DNA of 64,000 nucleotides from Minisyncoccia bacterium (GTDB lineage: Bacteria; Patescibacteriota; Minisyncoccia; Phycocordibacterales; UBA6065): positions 80,701-144,700 of the forward strand of contig JBIIJY010000001.1 in the NCBI GenBank assembly GCA_044233485.1, given 5' to 3'. Position 1 is the first letter of the stretch; each line of letters starts with the position of its first letter. The position numbers and the translations under genes are program-made. Shown one piece after another: positions 45,168-55,325 of this stretch. The notes under the pieces are model-generated. The model had not been told where the DNA came from and ran no database searches. It saw only the letters and a list, made by a program, of their open reading frames with translations.

Positions 45168-46148
45168 TCACTTTCGAAAACGGTTCGAGATATAATTTTG
45201 AACTTCCGACAAAGAAAGTGAGGTCGTGCTATTGCCTGTCCGGACGAAAAATTCTTCTTTTGAATCACCGACCGAAACATACACCGGCTCATGAGCCGCA
45301 TCTACCTCGACAACACACACTTCTCGCCCTTCATGACTCTCGAATCGTGGTCGTACAAAAGGCACGAAACGAGCGCCGAGGTTTGACTTCAGTGAAAGAT
45401 TTAAATGATTATGAAACCCATCTCGATCCTTTCGATTTAAAGTGTCAAAATCTGGAGAAATACCCGTTACTTCCCGCTTATCATTCACACCAAGTACGAG
45501 CACTCCGCCACCACCGTTCAAGAAACCTGCAATTGTCTTCAGAGCCGCTCGCTCAACATCTTTTGAAACCTTACCCTGCCGAACATCGAATCGATAGGTT
45601 TCTTTGAACTCGAGTCGCTCATGCTCGTCTTGCTTGAGTAGTTCATTGAGTGGAATCGATTCTCCCCTGCGTCCATGAATACGGTCTAGCGTACGCTTAA
45701 TTACCGGCACAATGTCGTAGACATTCTCCACGTTTCGGATGAGTAGCCGAGAATCATCTGCACGATCAAGCTCGATAGTGGCATGATTAATTATTCTTTC
45801 AAATATACCTTGTCGTGTCGTTACTGAAACGAAACTTGAAAGAGGCATTGTCGTGCCACGGCGAGAAAAGATTCCTCGTCGACGAGTAATTTCTCGATCT
45901 TTGATTTCAAAATATGAGAAATACCAGAGTAAAAAGACAAAGAGCACCGCTCCGACCTGGAAAAGCGAAAAAGCGAGCATTATAAAGAGGTCGTATCGAA
46001 AAGCTTTTAGCAGCGGAATCCCTCGGTAGAGCTGCTCATAGTTGGCCAAAAAAGAGACCGCATACAAAACTATCCCGATTATGATTTCGGTCGTAATAAT
46101 GTTGCGAACAAGTACTAGCGGGCCTTCTTTTATGACTAAACGGTTCAT
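45168..46148 (-). CDS. Membrane protein with bacterial PH (YdbT-like, bPH_2) domain and C-terminal AlbA_2 (Schlafen-like putative DNA-binding) domain
   Basis: 326 aa; N-terminal 2-3 TM helices with the bPH_2-like flanking pattern. The C-terminal ~150 aa (KTIAGFLNGGGGVLVLGVNDKREVTGI...VCVVEVDAAHEPVYV) match the AlbA_2/SLFN fold signature. Confidence 0.55.
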   Translation of the reverse strand: MNRLVIKEGPLVLVRNIITTEIIIGIVLYAVSFLANYEQLYRGIPLLKAFRYDLFIMLAFSLFQVGAVLFVFLLWYFSYFEIKDREITRRRGIFSRRGTTMPLSSFVSVTTRQGIFERIINHATIELDRADDSRLLIRNVENVYDIVPVIKRTLDRIHGRRGESIPLNELLKQDEHERLEFKETYRFDVRQGKVSKDVERAALKTIAGFLNGGGGVLVLGVNDKREVTGISPDFDTLNRKDRDGFHNHLNLSLKSNLGARFVPFVRPRFESHEGREVCVVEVDAAHEPVYVSVGDSKEEFFVRTGNSTTSLSLSEVQNYISNRFRK

Positions 46149-46171
46149 ATTCCTGAGTATACAGGAACAAC

Positions 46172-46939
46172 TTAAAAATCAATATCCTGGAGCGTATAGG
46201 CTCCGATTTTTGTCCGATGAATACGCCAGGCGAGCGCTGGTAAAGTAGCTAATTCACCAAGTTTCTCTGCCACTACTCGTATATATGCACCTGAGGAGGC
46301 CTCTGCTCGATAGGCTACGCACACCCACTTGCGCCCCGGGTGCTGATGCGCCCATTCCTGCCACGTACGAGCGATGACCTCCTGACGAAAATCTCCTTTG
46401 ACCATCGCGATGTCTTCAAGTGTTTTTTTGACAATTTCCTCTGTTGTCTTGATAGAGGTACCTGAGCTCACCAATGAACTGATAGTAATTTCTCGGGTAG
46501 GAATATCTACTGCCAACCCTTCTCGAGCATAGGCAAAAAGAGGTTTTCCATCCACTGTCTTACTTGAATAGAGTGGATATGTCTGGGTCGATGTCCCGAT
46601 GAGCTGCTCACAGGCTGCTGAGGATTGCATCCGTGTCTCGAGTGCAGACACATCACTTATTGATGTACTTGCTTTTATTTCACCCAGCGCATCACCGGTG
46701 TCAGTCCCTACCCCATAGAGCACCTCAAACTCATACGTTTTATCAAGCCCAAGATAGCGTTCTTTATTCTTGCACTCTTCACCGACAAGAAGTAACAGTA
46801 GGCCTGAGGCCAGCGGATCGAGTCGACCAGCGTAGGTCATTGGCACCGAGTCATCGATGCCGGCCAATCCTCGAACCCGCTCCAGCGCCTCAAGTGGTGT
46901 TTCGCCTCGCTTCTTTTCCACACACAATAGAGATTTCAT
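46172..46939 (-). CDS. truB: tRNA pseudouridine(55) synthase
   Basis: 255 aa; catalytic Asp motif (YAGRLDPLASGLLLL). Confidence 0.9.
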   Translation of the reverse strand: MKSLLCVEKKRGETPLEALERVRGLAGIDDSVPMTYAGRLDPLASGLLLLLVGEECKNKERYLGLDKTYEFEVLYGVGTDTGDALGEIKASTSISDVSALETRMQSSAACEQLIGTSTQTYPLYSSKTVDGKPLFAYAREGLAVDIPTREITISSLVSSGTSIKTTEEIVKKTLEDIAMVKGDFRQEVIARTWQEWAHQHPGRKWVCVAYRAEASSGAYIRVVAEKLGELATLPALAWRIHRTKIGAYTLQDIDF

Positions 46940-47020
46940 ACAGAACCTAGACTATCACAGTCGGAATCGTTCTCACACTGACCGGACTGTACTTTCCAGG
47001 TAAAAAGAATAGACTACCAA

Positions 47021-47473
47021 ATGAAAGCAGGACATTTTATGGACACACCTACCCATGTAGTAAACATCTGTCTCATCAAAGGAGACAAAATCCTCCTTGT
47101 ATGCAAACAAAAAACCAAAGGACAATACTGGATACTTCCTGGCGGTAAACAACTCTCCAATGAAACCGATCAGGCGACACTACAACGAGAACTTGGTGAA
47201 GAGATTCCTGAGTTAACTTTCAGCCTCGGGGCACGGATCGTCGAACGACACGCAACACAAAGTATTGGCGGGAAACCAATCACCGTAAGTGCTTATCTGG
47301 GGACTATCACTTCCGGCAACATAGACCCCTCGGACGATGACCCGATCATCGGCACAGGATGGTTCGCAAGCGGTGAAGTGTTTGACGATGATAAAGACCC
47401 TGAGAATGAGTTCATCATCTCGGACGCCACCTACGAGATTCTCGACGCAATACGGGCCGATGGTCGTTTCTAG
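47021..47473 (+). CDS. NUDIX hydrolase
   Basis: 150 aa; Nudix box GGKQLSNETDQATLQRELGEEIP. Confidence 0.85.
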   Translation: MKAGHFMDTPTHVVNICLIKGDKILLVCKQKTKGQYWILPGGKQLSNETDQATLQRELGEEIPELTFSLGARIVERHATQSIGGKPITVSAYLGTITSGNIDPSDDDPIIGTGWFASGEVFDDDKDPENEFIISDATYEILDAIRADGRF

Positions 47474-47511
47474 CCAAAGATCAACACAAAGCCTCCCTGT
47501 ACCGATGTGTG

Positions 47512-47542
47512 CAGGGGCTTTTTTGTTCCAAAAAAGCCCCTG
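47512..47542. terminator. Perfect palindromic terminator (caggggcttttttg ttc caaaaaagcccctg)
   Basis: 14 bp stem including A/T runs, between the NUDIX gene and hisS. Confidence 0.65.
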
Positions 47543-47564
47543 CTAGGCTATACTAAACACCACT

Positions 47565-48839
47565 ATGAAAGAGAAACTTGGAACAGAAAGCTATAAAGGT
47601 GTACGCGATTTCTACCCAGCTGACCAAGCTCTACACTCATATATCCTCGACACTTGGAAGCGAGTCTGTGTATCATTTGGATACGAAGAGTATCACGCTT
47701 CAGTACTTGAGCCTGCCGAACTCTATCGCTCAAAGACAAGTGACGAGATCGTCAACGAGCAGACATACACGTTTACCGATCGTGGTGATCGTGAAGTGAC
47801 ACTTCGTCCCGAAATGACACCCACTGTCGCTCGTATGGTTGCCGGTCGCCGCCGTGAGCTCGCCTCACCAATCCGATGGTTTTCGATGCCAAACTGTTTT
47901 CGTTACGAAAAACCACAAAGAGGTCGAGTCCGTGAATTCTGGCAATTGAATGTTGATATGTTTGGTGTCTCGGACATTTCAGCAGAAATTGAAGTGATTG
48001 TCCTTGCCTCGAGACTCATGAGCGCTTTCGGCTTTCTCCCAACCCAGTATGAAATCCGTATCAATAGCCGAGAAATACTCAATTATCTTTTTACCACGGT
48101 CTTAGCGGTATCAACCGAACAGAAAACACAGCTTGCTCGACTCATCGACAAAAAAAGCAAACTTCCCGCTGTTGAGTTTGACTCTCTCGCACGAGAGATA
48201 CTTGGCGAAGAAAAAGTTGCCCTCTTGCATAGTTACCTACAGACAACAGACGTACAGACACTTGAAAGTCAGTACGGAGAGTCAGTCCTACTAAGTACAA
48301 AAAAGACTCTCGCCCACCTTCGGACTCTCGGCATCACCAATGTCGTCTTTGACCCGACGTTGATGCGGGGTTTTGACTATTACACTGGTGTAGTTTTCGA
48401 AGTCTTTGACCTACATCCAGACAATCGACGCTCAGTCTTTGGTGGTGGTCGATATGACGACCTTCTTTCACTCTTTGGTGAAGATAAAACTCCTGCTTTT
48501 GGATTTGGCATGGGAGACACTGTTTTGGCGGACATGCTCGAGACATACGGACTCCTTCCTCGCTATTCCCGCGAAAAGGAACGAGCGCTCATCTGTCTCT
48601 CTGAGAACGAGCTTGAGTACGCCTACTCAATCGCTCAAGAACTGCGATCACAGGATATTCGAGTCAGTGTTGAAGTGACTTCTGACATTGGAAAAGCGCT
48701 CAAGAACTGCGACAAAAAAGGAATTACCGTTGTCGGGATTATTGGCTCAAACGAAAGAGAGACACAGACTATCAAGCGAAAGGATTTAACAACTGGCACT
48801 GAATCAGTAGTTCCCCGAGCGTCACTTGCCGGTTTCTAG
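47565..48839 (+). CDS. hisS: Histidine--tRNA ligase
   Basis: 424 aa; class II motifs (RPEMT, FRYEKPQRGR) and C-terminal anticodon-binding domain. Confidence 0.95.
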   Translation: MKEKLGTESYKGVRDFYPADQALHSYILDTWKRVCVSFGYEEYHASVLEPAELYRSKTSDEIVNEQTYTFTDRGDREVTLRPEMTPTVARMVAGRRRELASPIRWFSMPNCFRYEKPQRGRVREFWQLNVDMFGVSDISAEIEVIVLASRLMSAFGFLPTQYEIRINSREILNYLFTTVLAVSTEQKTQLARLIDKKSKLPAVEFDSLAREILGEEKVALLHSYLQTTDVQTLESQYGESVLLSTKKTLAHLRTLGITNVVFDPTLMRGFDYYTGVVFEVFDLHPDNRRSVFGGGRYDDLLSLFGEDKTPAFGFGMGDTVLADMLETYGLLPRYSREKERALICLSENELEYAYSIAQELRSQDIRVSVEVTSDIGKALKNCDKKGITVVGIIGSNERETQTIKRKDLTTGTESVVPRASLAGF

Positions 48840-48853
48840 CCTCACTATCACCA

Positions 48854-49444
48854 ATGCGGAAAATATTTTTTGATATTGAAACACGAAACACCTTTCAGGA
48901 AGTAGGTTCAAATGATCCGGTTGCTCTCGATATTTCTGTCGTCTGCACCTATGACTCTGAAACAGATACCTATGAAAGCTTTCTCCAAGAGGATTTTCCT
49001 CGACTTTGGAAAGTGCTCGAAAAGGCGGACATGTTTGTAACGTTCAACGGTGATCATTTTGATATTCCACTTCTTGATAAATACTATCCCGGCGACCTCT
49101 CGCAGATCAAATCACTCGACCTGCTTGTCGAAGTGAAAAAATCTCTCGGTCGTCGAATCAAGCTTGATACATTAGCCGAAGCAACTCTCGGAAAGAACAA
49201 GATTGCTCACGGTCTTGAAGCGATTACCTGGTGGCGAGAAGGTAAAATCGACGAGATTATCAAATACTGTCTTGAGGACGTGAAGATCACTAAAGAGATT
49301 TATGATTTTGCTCGGGCAAGAGGCGGTCTCTACTATATTGAAAACACCGTTGGTGGCACAGCAGAGAAAAAAGGATTCAAAGTTGACACCAGTGATTGGG
49401 AAAAACCGAAAGAGAGCGCAATGACATTCACCCTCCCTTTCTAA
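48854..49444 (+). CDS. DEDD-type 3'-5' exonuclease domain protein
   Basis: 196 aa; Exo I FDIET, Exo II FNGDHFD, Exo III YCLEDV. Confidence 0.7.
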   Translation: MRKIFFDIETRNTFQEVGSNDPVALDISVVCTYDSETDTYESFLQEDFPRLWKVLEKADMFVTFNGDHFDIPLLDKYYPGDLSQIKSLDLLVEVKKSLGRRIKLDTLAEATLGKNKIAHGLEAITWWREGKIDEIIKYCLEDVKITKEIYDFARARGGLYYIENTVGGTAEKKGFKVDTSDWEKPKESAMTFTLPF

Positions 49445-50208
49445 TGCCCAGCTCCGTGGGCAAGTAAAATTGCCACATACATGAGCCCTGCCCCGACAAA
49501 AGTCATAATGGTCGTCATCCGAGTTGGATGTGCGTGATGACTCTCCGGTAGAAGGTCAGCCGCACCAAGATACAAAAAGAATCCAGCAAAGAGTGCGAGC
49601 ATATACCCAAGTGAATGTTCGCCCAGAGGCACCACAAACGAAAGAGCGATACCGAGAAGTGGTGCAATGCAGTCTGCCAAAAGCCAGACAATTGCCCGAA
49701 GTTTTGAGCCACCGAAACGCAAGACCGAACTGACGACGTTTAACCCATCTGAGAAGTCGTGTACCAACACTCCGATAGCGACCACAAAACCAAGCGTCGG
49801 ATCCGCTTGAAATGAAAAACCGATCGCGAGACCATCAACCAGACTATGAAGAGAAAAACTTCCGGCTCGTAGCCATGATTTCTTGTGATGAGGATTCTCG
49901 CAGACTTCTTCGTGATGATGTGAAAGAGAAAGCACTCGATCGACGAGAAGATAGAAGAGAAAACCTAGGGCGATACAAGTACTGACAACATGTAAGTCGG
50001 CACCTGCTTCTGTGGCGATGTGAATTGATTCAGGAATGAGCTCGAAGAAGGCAACTCCAAGGACTGCCCCCGCAGCAAAACCAAGTACCAGGTGAAGCTT
50101 ATCCTTGAAACGTAGCGCGACGAGCCCGCCACAAACAGTCGCGACCACAATACCACAGCCAATCAAAAATAGTGACATATAATCAGATTTAAAGTGTAAT
50201 ACTAGCAC
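49441..50208 (-). CDS. ZIP family metal transporter
   Basis: 8 TM, His-rich loop (HHHEEVCENPHH), conserved HD/LVH segments. Start may be the internal MSLFLIG. Confidence 0.8.
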   Translation of the reverse strand: MLVLHFKSDYMSLFLIGCGIVVATVCGGLVALRFKDKLHLVLGFAAGAVLGVAFFELIPESIHIATEAGADLHVVSTCIALGFLFYLLVDRVLSLSHHHEEVCENPHHKKSWLRAGSFSLHSLVDGLAIGFSFQADPTLGFVVAIGVLVHDFSDGLNVVSSVLRFGGSKLRAIVWLLADCIAPLLGIALSFVVPLGEHSLGYMLALFAGFFLYLGAADLLPESHHAHPTRMTTIMTFVGAGLMYVAILLAHGAGH

Positions 50209-50248
50209 AGAATATCTTCTTTTTCTTTACAGGGAGGCAAGGGTATTT

Positions 50249-50992
50249 TTGAATCTAGACGGGCTCTTTTGTGCCAGTATACTTAAAGCCATGGAAACAA
50301 AAAAATCTACACTTACGATGCCTGTCAGTATTATTCTTGCTGGCGTACTGATCGCCGGAGCCATCTTCTGGCAAGACCGCGGATCATACAAAACCGGTGC
50401 CTATGTGGCCGAAAGCGTATCGACTGCTCGACGACTTGAAAATATACCCACTCCACAAGCAACTGACCATCGACTCGGTAAGGTTGATGCGCCGGTTCAA
50501 ATCGTCGTTTACTCTGACTTCGAATGTCCATTTTGCCAGCGTTTTCATGTGACCATGAAGACAATCATGGATCTCTATGCAAAAGATAATTCTGTTGCTT
50601 GGATCTATCGACATTTTCCACTTGAAAGTCTCCATGCTCACGCGCTCGATGCGGCAAAGACTAGTGAGTGTGTCGCTACACTCGGCGGGCCAGAGGCGTT
50701 CTGGAAGTACACGGACTATGTCTTTGAATCTGCTGCCGAACAATCTGGTCGTGCTGCAAACATCTATGGAGCGGCGAAGTACTCAGGAATCACTCCGACT
50801 GCTCTCGACACTTGTCTTAGTGATGCCACACTTGAAACAAAGGTACGAGCACAGGCTCAGGACGTTATCCGTGCCGGTATACAAGGAACACCATTTGGTG
50901 TTGTCTTTGGGCCAAAGGGCGTCGCCACGATTGACGGCAATCTCCCTCTCTCACAAGTCCGCTCTCTCATTAACTATCAGTTGGAAAAATAA
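50249..50992 (+). CDS. DsbA-like thiol:disulfide oxidoreductase
   Basis: Signal-anchor, CPFC active site, thioredoxin fold. Confidence 0.8.
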   Translation: MNLDGLFCASILKAMETKKSTLTMPVSIILAGVLIAGAIFWQDRGSYKTGAYVAESVSTARRLENIPTPQATDHRLGKVDAPVQIVVYSDFECPFCQRFHVTMKTIMDLYAKDNSVAWIYRHFPLESLHAHALDAAKTSECVATLGGPEAFWKYTDYVFESAAEQSGRAANIYGAAKYSGITPTALDTCLSDATLETKVRAQAQDVIRAGIQGTPFGVVFGPKGVATIDGNLPLSQVRSLINYQLEK

Positions 50993-50994
50993 CC

Positions 50995-53946
50995 TCACAT
51001 TCGCAGATGTCTTGAAAGAGTGCAGAATTCGCACTCTTTTTTGTTGCATGCGCGAGAAGCAAATGAGCCGGTACGTAGCGTAGATACGAGTGAGTGAATA
51101 AGCATCTCGACTGGTTCGGTGCTCTCACCCTGTAGGTCAAAGACTTCTCGTGTGTACTCACCCTCTTCTGGTTCCACGAACAATATCATTCCACGATCCG
51201 GAGAATATTCCTGATGCTCTTGAAGTAGCAGCTTGTAAAACAGAAGTTGCCGCCAATAGTCACCACTTCCTTCACCTTGAGTCTTACCTAGAATATGATT
51301 TCGACTTTTGACCTTACCGGTCTTATAGTCGACTACACAGACACCACCTTCACCCCTATCGATACGGTCAATCATTCCCACTAGCCGTAGAGACAGGCCA
51401 TCACTTGTATATGTCCGTTCAGCACGATACTCGGGATGAGTTGAATCTGGGAGATTGATTAACTCTTCTTCATAGAACCCCATTAAAGCTTGTCGACCTT
51501 TCTCTTCTATCTCACTACGCAGTACCAGGTCGAGTTCAAGGGCCACTTTATCAACAAAATTTTGGACAAATTCTTCCTGCGAGAGGCGTTTTCCATTACG
51601 AAGCTGTGAAGCGAATCGTTCGAGAGCATAGTGAATTGCAGTTCCATACGACTGCGCTCGTGAAGGTGACTGTGGTAGGCGGATTAAATTAACGAAGAAA
51701 TACTTCCATGCACATGAATTAAAGTTATTGAGAGCAGTCACCGAAATACCCTGCGATGCTACGAGACCCAAAAGCTTTTCACTTGCACGAGCTTGTGGCG
51801 ACTCGACGATAGCCTCACGGACAAGTAGCACCTCTTCTGCTCGAGTGAGCGCCGGGGCGATCACCGTACATACGGTAGATGGGTCGAGCTCTGATACAAA
51901 CTGGCTCGGTAGCTCTTCTTTGCCATCAGCACCGGTCACGGTATAGGTAAGAGTGGCTCGCACCTGTGCACGAGTGAGTGCCACATACATCAGTCGACGC
52001 TCATCCTCAGTCCGCTCGTTTTCCGTGGTCTCACCAATTTCTGGAATATAGAACCGTGAACGATTCGGGCGTTTGCCCCACTTTGATTCAGTGACGTGCG
52101 CAACAAACACATATTTAAATTCAAGACCCTTTGAAGCATGCGCTGTCATCAAGCGAACTGAATTCTCTTGTGTAGTCGCTGGGATTTTTATCGGATATCC
52201 ATGTGTAATAGAGGTATCGATATGCGCGAGGAAATCCGTGATGATGAAAGTGAGTTTTCGAGTCGAGAGGTTTTTGATCAGAGCAAATACCACCTCAATA
52301 TGAGCAAGTGCATCAAGGACGGTATTTTGAGTAAGGACATAGGCCAGGAAACCTGTCTCTTTGATGATTCGTTCAAAGAGCACTGAGAGGTTCTGCACCT
52401 GAGCTTCTCGCGCAAGCTCCCCGCACGTTCGGGCAAGACTTTGCGCAGGGCTTTCTTCAGTTTGAAGTATTTCAAGTAGAGGTTTCTTTGCTTTGCGCGC
52501 ACTTTCAAGTAGTGCCCGTACTTCAAAGACCGTCAACGTAGTAAGTGGTGAAAATAAAAGCTTGGTAACCGCCCCATCATCAAGCGGATTAGCAATCACT
52601 CGCAAAAGCCCCATAAGCAGAGCCGTTACTTCATTCTCAAAGATACTCATATTCGATTCAATATGTGCTCTCACTCCATATTTCGATAGAGCAGAAGCGA
52701 TATCTTGTGCATCTTTGTTATCACGATACAGCACCGCTATCTCATGAAGTGGCACCACTCCTTCGTCACAGAGTTTTTTGATCTGCCCAGCAAGGTAGGA
52801 AAGCTCATGTGTTTTATTTTGACAAGCAACTACCTGAATCGGCTCAGTACCCACACTCACCTGAGAAATCAGGCGTGTACGCTCTCCTTCTTCGATACTT
52901 GGATTATTGGAAATGAGTTCATGAGCACCATCGAGTACACTCTGCGGTGATCGAAAGTTGTCTGACAAAGCAATACGAGTCGCATCAGCGAACGTCTTAG
53001 AAAAGCCTTGGAAGTTTGCAAGCGTCGCCCCCTGAAAGCGAAAGATGGCTTGCTTATCATCACCAACGACAAAAATATTTGGCCGTGGATCATAATCAGT
53101 GAGGAGTTTCAGAATTTCATTTTGAGCACCGTTTGTATCCTGATGCTCGTCCGCCATAATATAGAGAAATTTTTCCTGAACTATCTGCTTATAGTCTGGA
53201 TCAGAGGCGAGGCGCGCGATTGGGACAGCAATCAGATCTTCAAAATCATAGAACCCTTGTTTTACCAATGCGTCCTCATAAAGTTCATACACTCGAGCTA
53301 ATTCTCGATTGCGCTCAATCCGCTCGAGTATGACTTTGTATTGAGATTTCATTTTACCTTTATGCCCGCCTTTGGTATGGACAAGATCCTCTCGTGAACG
53401 AATATCTTTTTCCTGAAGTTCAATCATTGCTTTGAATCCTTCTACCGATATTGCCTCTCGCTTGAGTGTTTTGATTGTTGAGACACAACTTGAAAGATAG
53501 TTTGTCGGATCTCCAAATGGCTTAATCGCCGAGAAAGAATTCTCAAGTAATATCTTTTCGATAATTCCAGCAATCTCAACATCAGATACCAAAGCCCCAC
53601 GACTAATTCGTGGAAAGAGTTCAGGCGACTGTGAAAGGAGACTCTGGGCAAAACCATGGAAGGTTGAGATCACGACTCGATGCGCCTGAGCTCCGATGAG
53701 CCCGTGAAGTTTCGCTCGCATTGCCCGAGCCCCCGATTCCGTAAACGTCAGTGCCAGGATTGCATCAGGCGGAGTGTCAGTCTTGAGTAGTATCGTCGCT
53801 ATACGTAGGGTGAGGATAGTAGTCTTACCGGTTCCTGGCCCTGCAATGACCATCACCGGCCCATCGAGGGTGTCTACGGCCAATTTCTGAGTCTTGGTGA
53901 GCCTTGTATACTGCTTTTGATACTCTGCGTGGATGTCGACTTGCAT
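50995..53946 (-). CDS. UvrD-family helicase fused to C-terminal RecB/AddB-like PD-(D/E)XK nuclease with Cys cluster (AddA/PcrA-like)
   Basis: 983 aa; N-terminal GPGTGKTT, UvrD motifs (DEHQDTN), C-terminal nuclease (VVDYKTGK) ending CNKKECEFC. Confidence 0.85.
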   Translation of the reverse strand: MQVDIHAEYQKQYTRLTKTQKLAVDTLDGPVMVIAGPGTGKTTILTLRIATILLKTDTPPDAILALTFTESGARAMRAKLHGLIGAQAHRVVISTFHGFAQSLLSQSPELFPRISRGALVSDVEIAGIIEKILLENSFSAIKPFGDPTNYLSSCVSTIKTLKREAISVEGFKAMIELQEKDIRSREDLVHTKGGHKGKMKSQYKVILERIERNRELARVYELYEDALVKQGFYDFEDLIAVPIARLASDPDYKQIVQEKFLYIMADEHQDTNGAQNEILKLLTDYDPRPNIFVVGDDKQAIFRFQGATLANFQGFSKTFADATRIALSDNFRSPQSVLDGAHELISNNPSIEEGERTRLISQVSVGTEPIQVVACQNKTHELSYLAGQIKKLCDEGVVPLHEIAVLYRDNKDAQDIASALSKYGVRAHIESNMSIFENEVTALLMGLLRVIANPLDDGAVTKLLFSPLTTLTVFEVRALLESARKAKKPLLEILQTEESPAQSLARTCGELAREAQVQNLSVLFERIIKETGFLAYVLTQNTVLDALAHIEVVFALIKNLSTRKLTFIITDFLAHIDTSITHGYPIKIPATTQENSVRLMTAHASKGLEFKYVFVAHVTESKWGKRPNRSRFYIPEIGETTENERTEDERRLMYVALTRAQVRATLTYTVTGADGKEELPSQFVSELDPSTVCTVIAPALTRAEEVLLVREAIVESPQARASEKLLGLVASQGISVTALNNFNSCAWKYFFVNLIRLPQSPSRAQSYGTAIHYALERFASQLRNGKRLSQEEFVQNFVDKVALELDLVLRSEIEEKGRQALMGFYEEELINLPDSTHPEYRAERTYTSDGLSLRLVGMIDRIDRGEGGVCVVDYKTGKVKSRNHILGKTQGEGSGDYWRQLLFYKLLLQEHQEYSPDRGMILFVEPEEGEYTREVFDLQGESTEPVEMLIHSLVSTLRTGSFASRACNKKECEFCTLSRHLRM

Positions 53947-53961
53947 AGACTCAGTTTAGCA

Positions 53962-53987
53962 AAAAAACAGCCTTTCGGCTGTTTTTT
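53962..53987 (-). terminator. Intrinsic terminator of rpoD (aaaaaacagcc tttc ggctgtttttt)
   Basis: Perfect stem with flanking runs. Confidence 0.7.
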
Positions 53988-53996
53988 CTAACTATC

Positions 53997-55244
53997 TTAG
54001 TAACTCTTGAGTCGGTTAGCTTTCTCATGCTCGCGAATCTTCTGATGAGCCTTTGCCTCAATCTGTCGGATTCGTTCACGGGTCACCGCAAACTCCTTAC
54101 CCACCTCTTCAAGTGTGTGAGTAATACCGTCATTGAGACCATGTCTCATCTCGAGAATTCGTCGCTCTTTTTCTGAGAGTTCACTCAAGATTTCTTTCAC
54201 CTGGTCAGAGAGAATTCGTCGTGAAGACTCCTGGTCTGGAGAGAGAATCTTATCATCGTGAATGAAATCAGCGAGAATAGACTTTGAATCATCGTCATCA
54301 CTGTTGATCGGTGCCTCAAGTGAGACAGTATCCTGATCAATTTTTTCAATCTGATACACCTTCTCCACCTCGAGATCCATTTCTGCCGCAATTTCTTCCG
54401 GCATTGGATCACGACCGAGGTCTTGTGTCAGTCGTCGTACGACCTGCTTGTACTTGGCAATAGTCTCTACCATATGCACTGGGACACGAATCGTACGAGA
54501 CTGGTCTGCCAATGCTCGAGTAATCGCCTGGCGTATCCACCACGTAGCGTATGTCGAAAACTTGAATCCTTTTGTCCAGTCAAACTTTTCCACGGCTTTG
54601 TGAAGACCAAGATTCCCCTCTTGAATAAGATCAAGGAGCGTGAGATCTGCACTGCGATTTGCATATTTTTTCGCAATCGAGACCACGAGTCGGAGGTTCG
54701 CTCTCATAAGGAGAGTCGCTGCATCTCGATCACCGGCCACGATTCGTTTTGCCAACTCTTTTTCCTCAGAGGCATTGATGAGACTGTACTGACCGATCTC
54801 TTTCAAATACATCTGAATCGAGTCGTATCCTGCATCTCGAGAACCGAGAAGTCCCTTCTTTCCAGTCTCTTTCGGTGCCAATGACCCATCGTCGAGCATG
54901 CCTCCACTGTCGAGAATATCGATACCGACCGTCTGGAGACGGAGATAGAGTTCATCGAGGAAGTCGATATTTGTTTCAATGGTCGGAAATTCTTTAAGAA
55001 TCTCATCATAGGTAACAAACCCTCGCTCTTTACCACGAGCGATGAGTGTATGTGTTCGGGATTCGAGATCCTTTGGAGAAAGTTTTCGATTACTTTCTCG
55101 TTCCTTCTTTTTTTCTAGTTTCTTTTTTGCCTGAGTCTCTTCAACTGGCTTGATGCGAAGCGCTTTTCGTACTACCGCTTTTTGTGGAGCGGTTTTTTTT
55201 GCTTTCGTATTGAGTTTTGACTGAACTTTTTTTTGTTTCGCCAT
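53997..55244 (-). CDS. rpoD: RNA polymerase sigma-70 factor
   Basis: 415 aa; regions 1.2-4 present (region 2.4 [11 protein letters not shown], region 4 HTH). Confidence 0.95.
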   Translation of the reverse strand: MAKQKKVQSKLNTKAKKTAPQKAVVRKALRIKPVEETQAKKKLEKKKERESNRKLSPKDLESRTHTLIARGKERGFVTYDEILKEFPTIETNIDFLDELYLRLQTVGIDILDSGGMLDDGSLAPKETGKKGLLGSRDAGYDSIQMYLKEIGQYSLINASEEKELAKRIVAGDRDAATLLMRANLRLVVSIAKKYANRSADLTLLDLIQEGNLGLHKAVEKFDWTKGFKFSTYATWWIRQAITRALADQSRTIRVPVHMVETIAKYKQVVRRLTQDLGRDPMPEEIAAEMDLEVEKVYQIEKIDQDTVSLEAPINSDDDDSKSILADFIHDDKILSPDQESSRRILSDQVKEILSELSEKERRILEMRHGLNDGITHTLEEVGKEFAVTRERIRQIEAKAHQKIREHEKANRLKSY

Positions 55245-55325
55245 ATATTCTGCTCACGGATTCTGTGAGCATACACCAATAGAGCGTTTCGCGCCACACT
55301 GATGTCTGCCCGCAGACCGATATAC

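Noticed and set aside
50995-51060. Hairpin aagagtgc agaattc gcactctt as a separate terminator
   Set aside because: It lies inside the last ~20 codons of the helicase-nuclease gene and encodes the CNKKECEFC Cys cluster. It may serve the convergent dsbA-like gene, but I do not call it independently.
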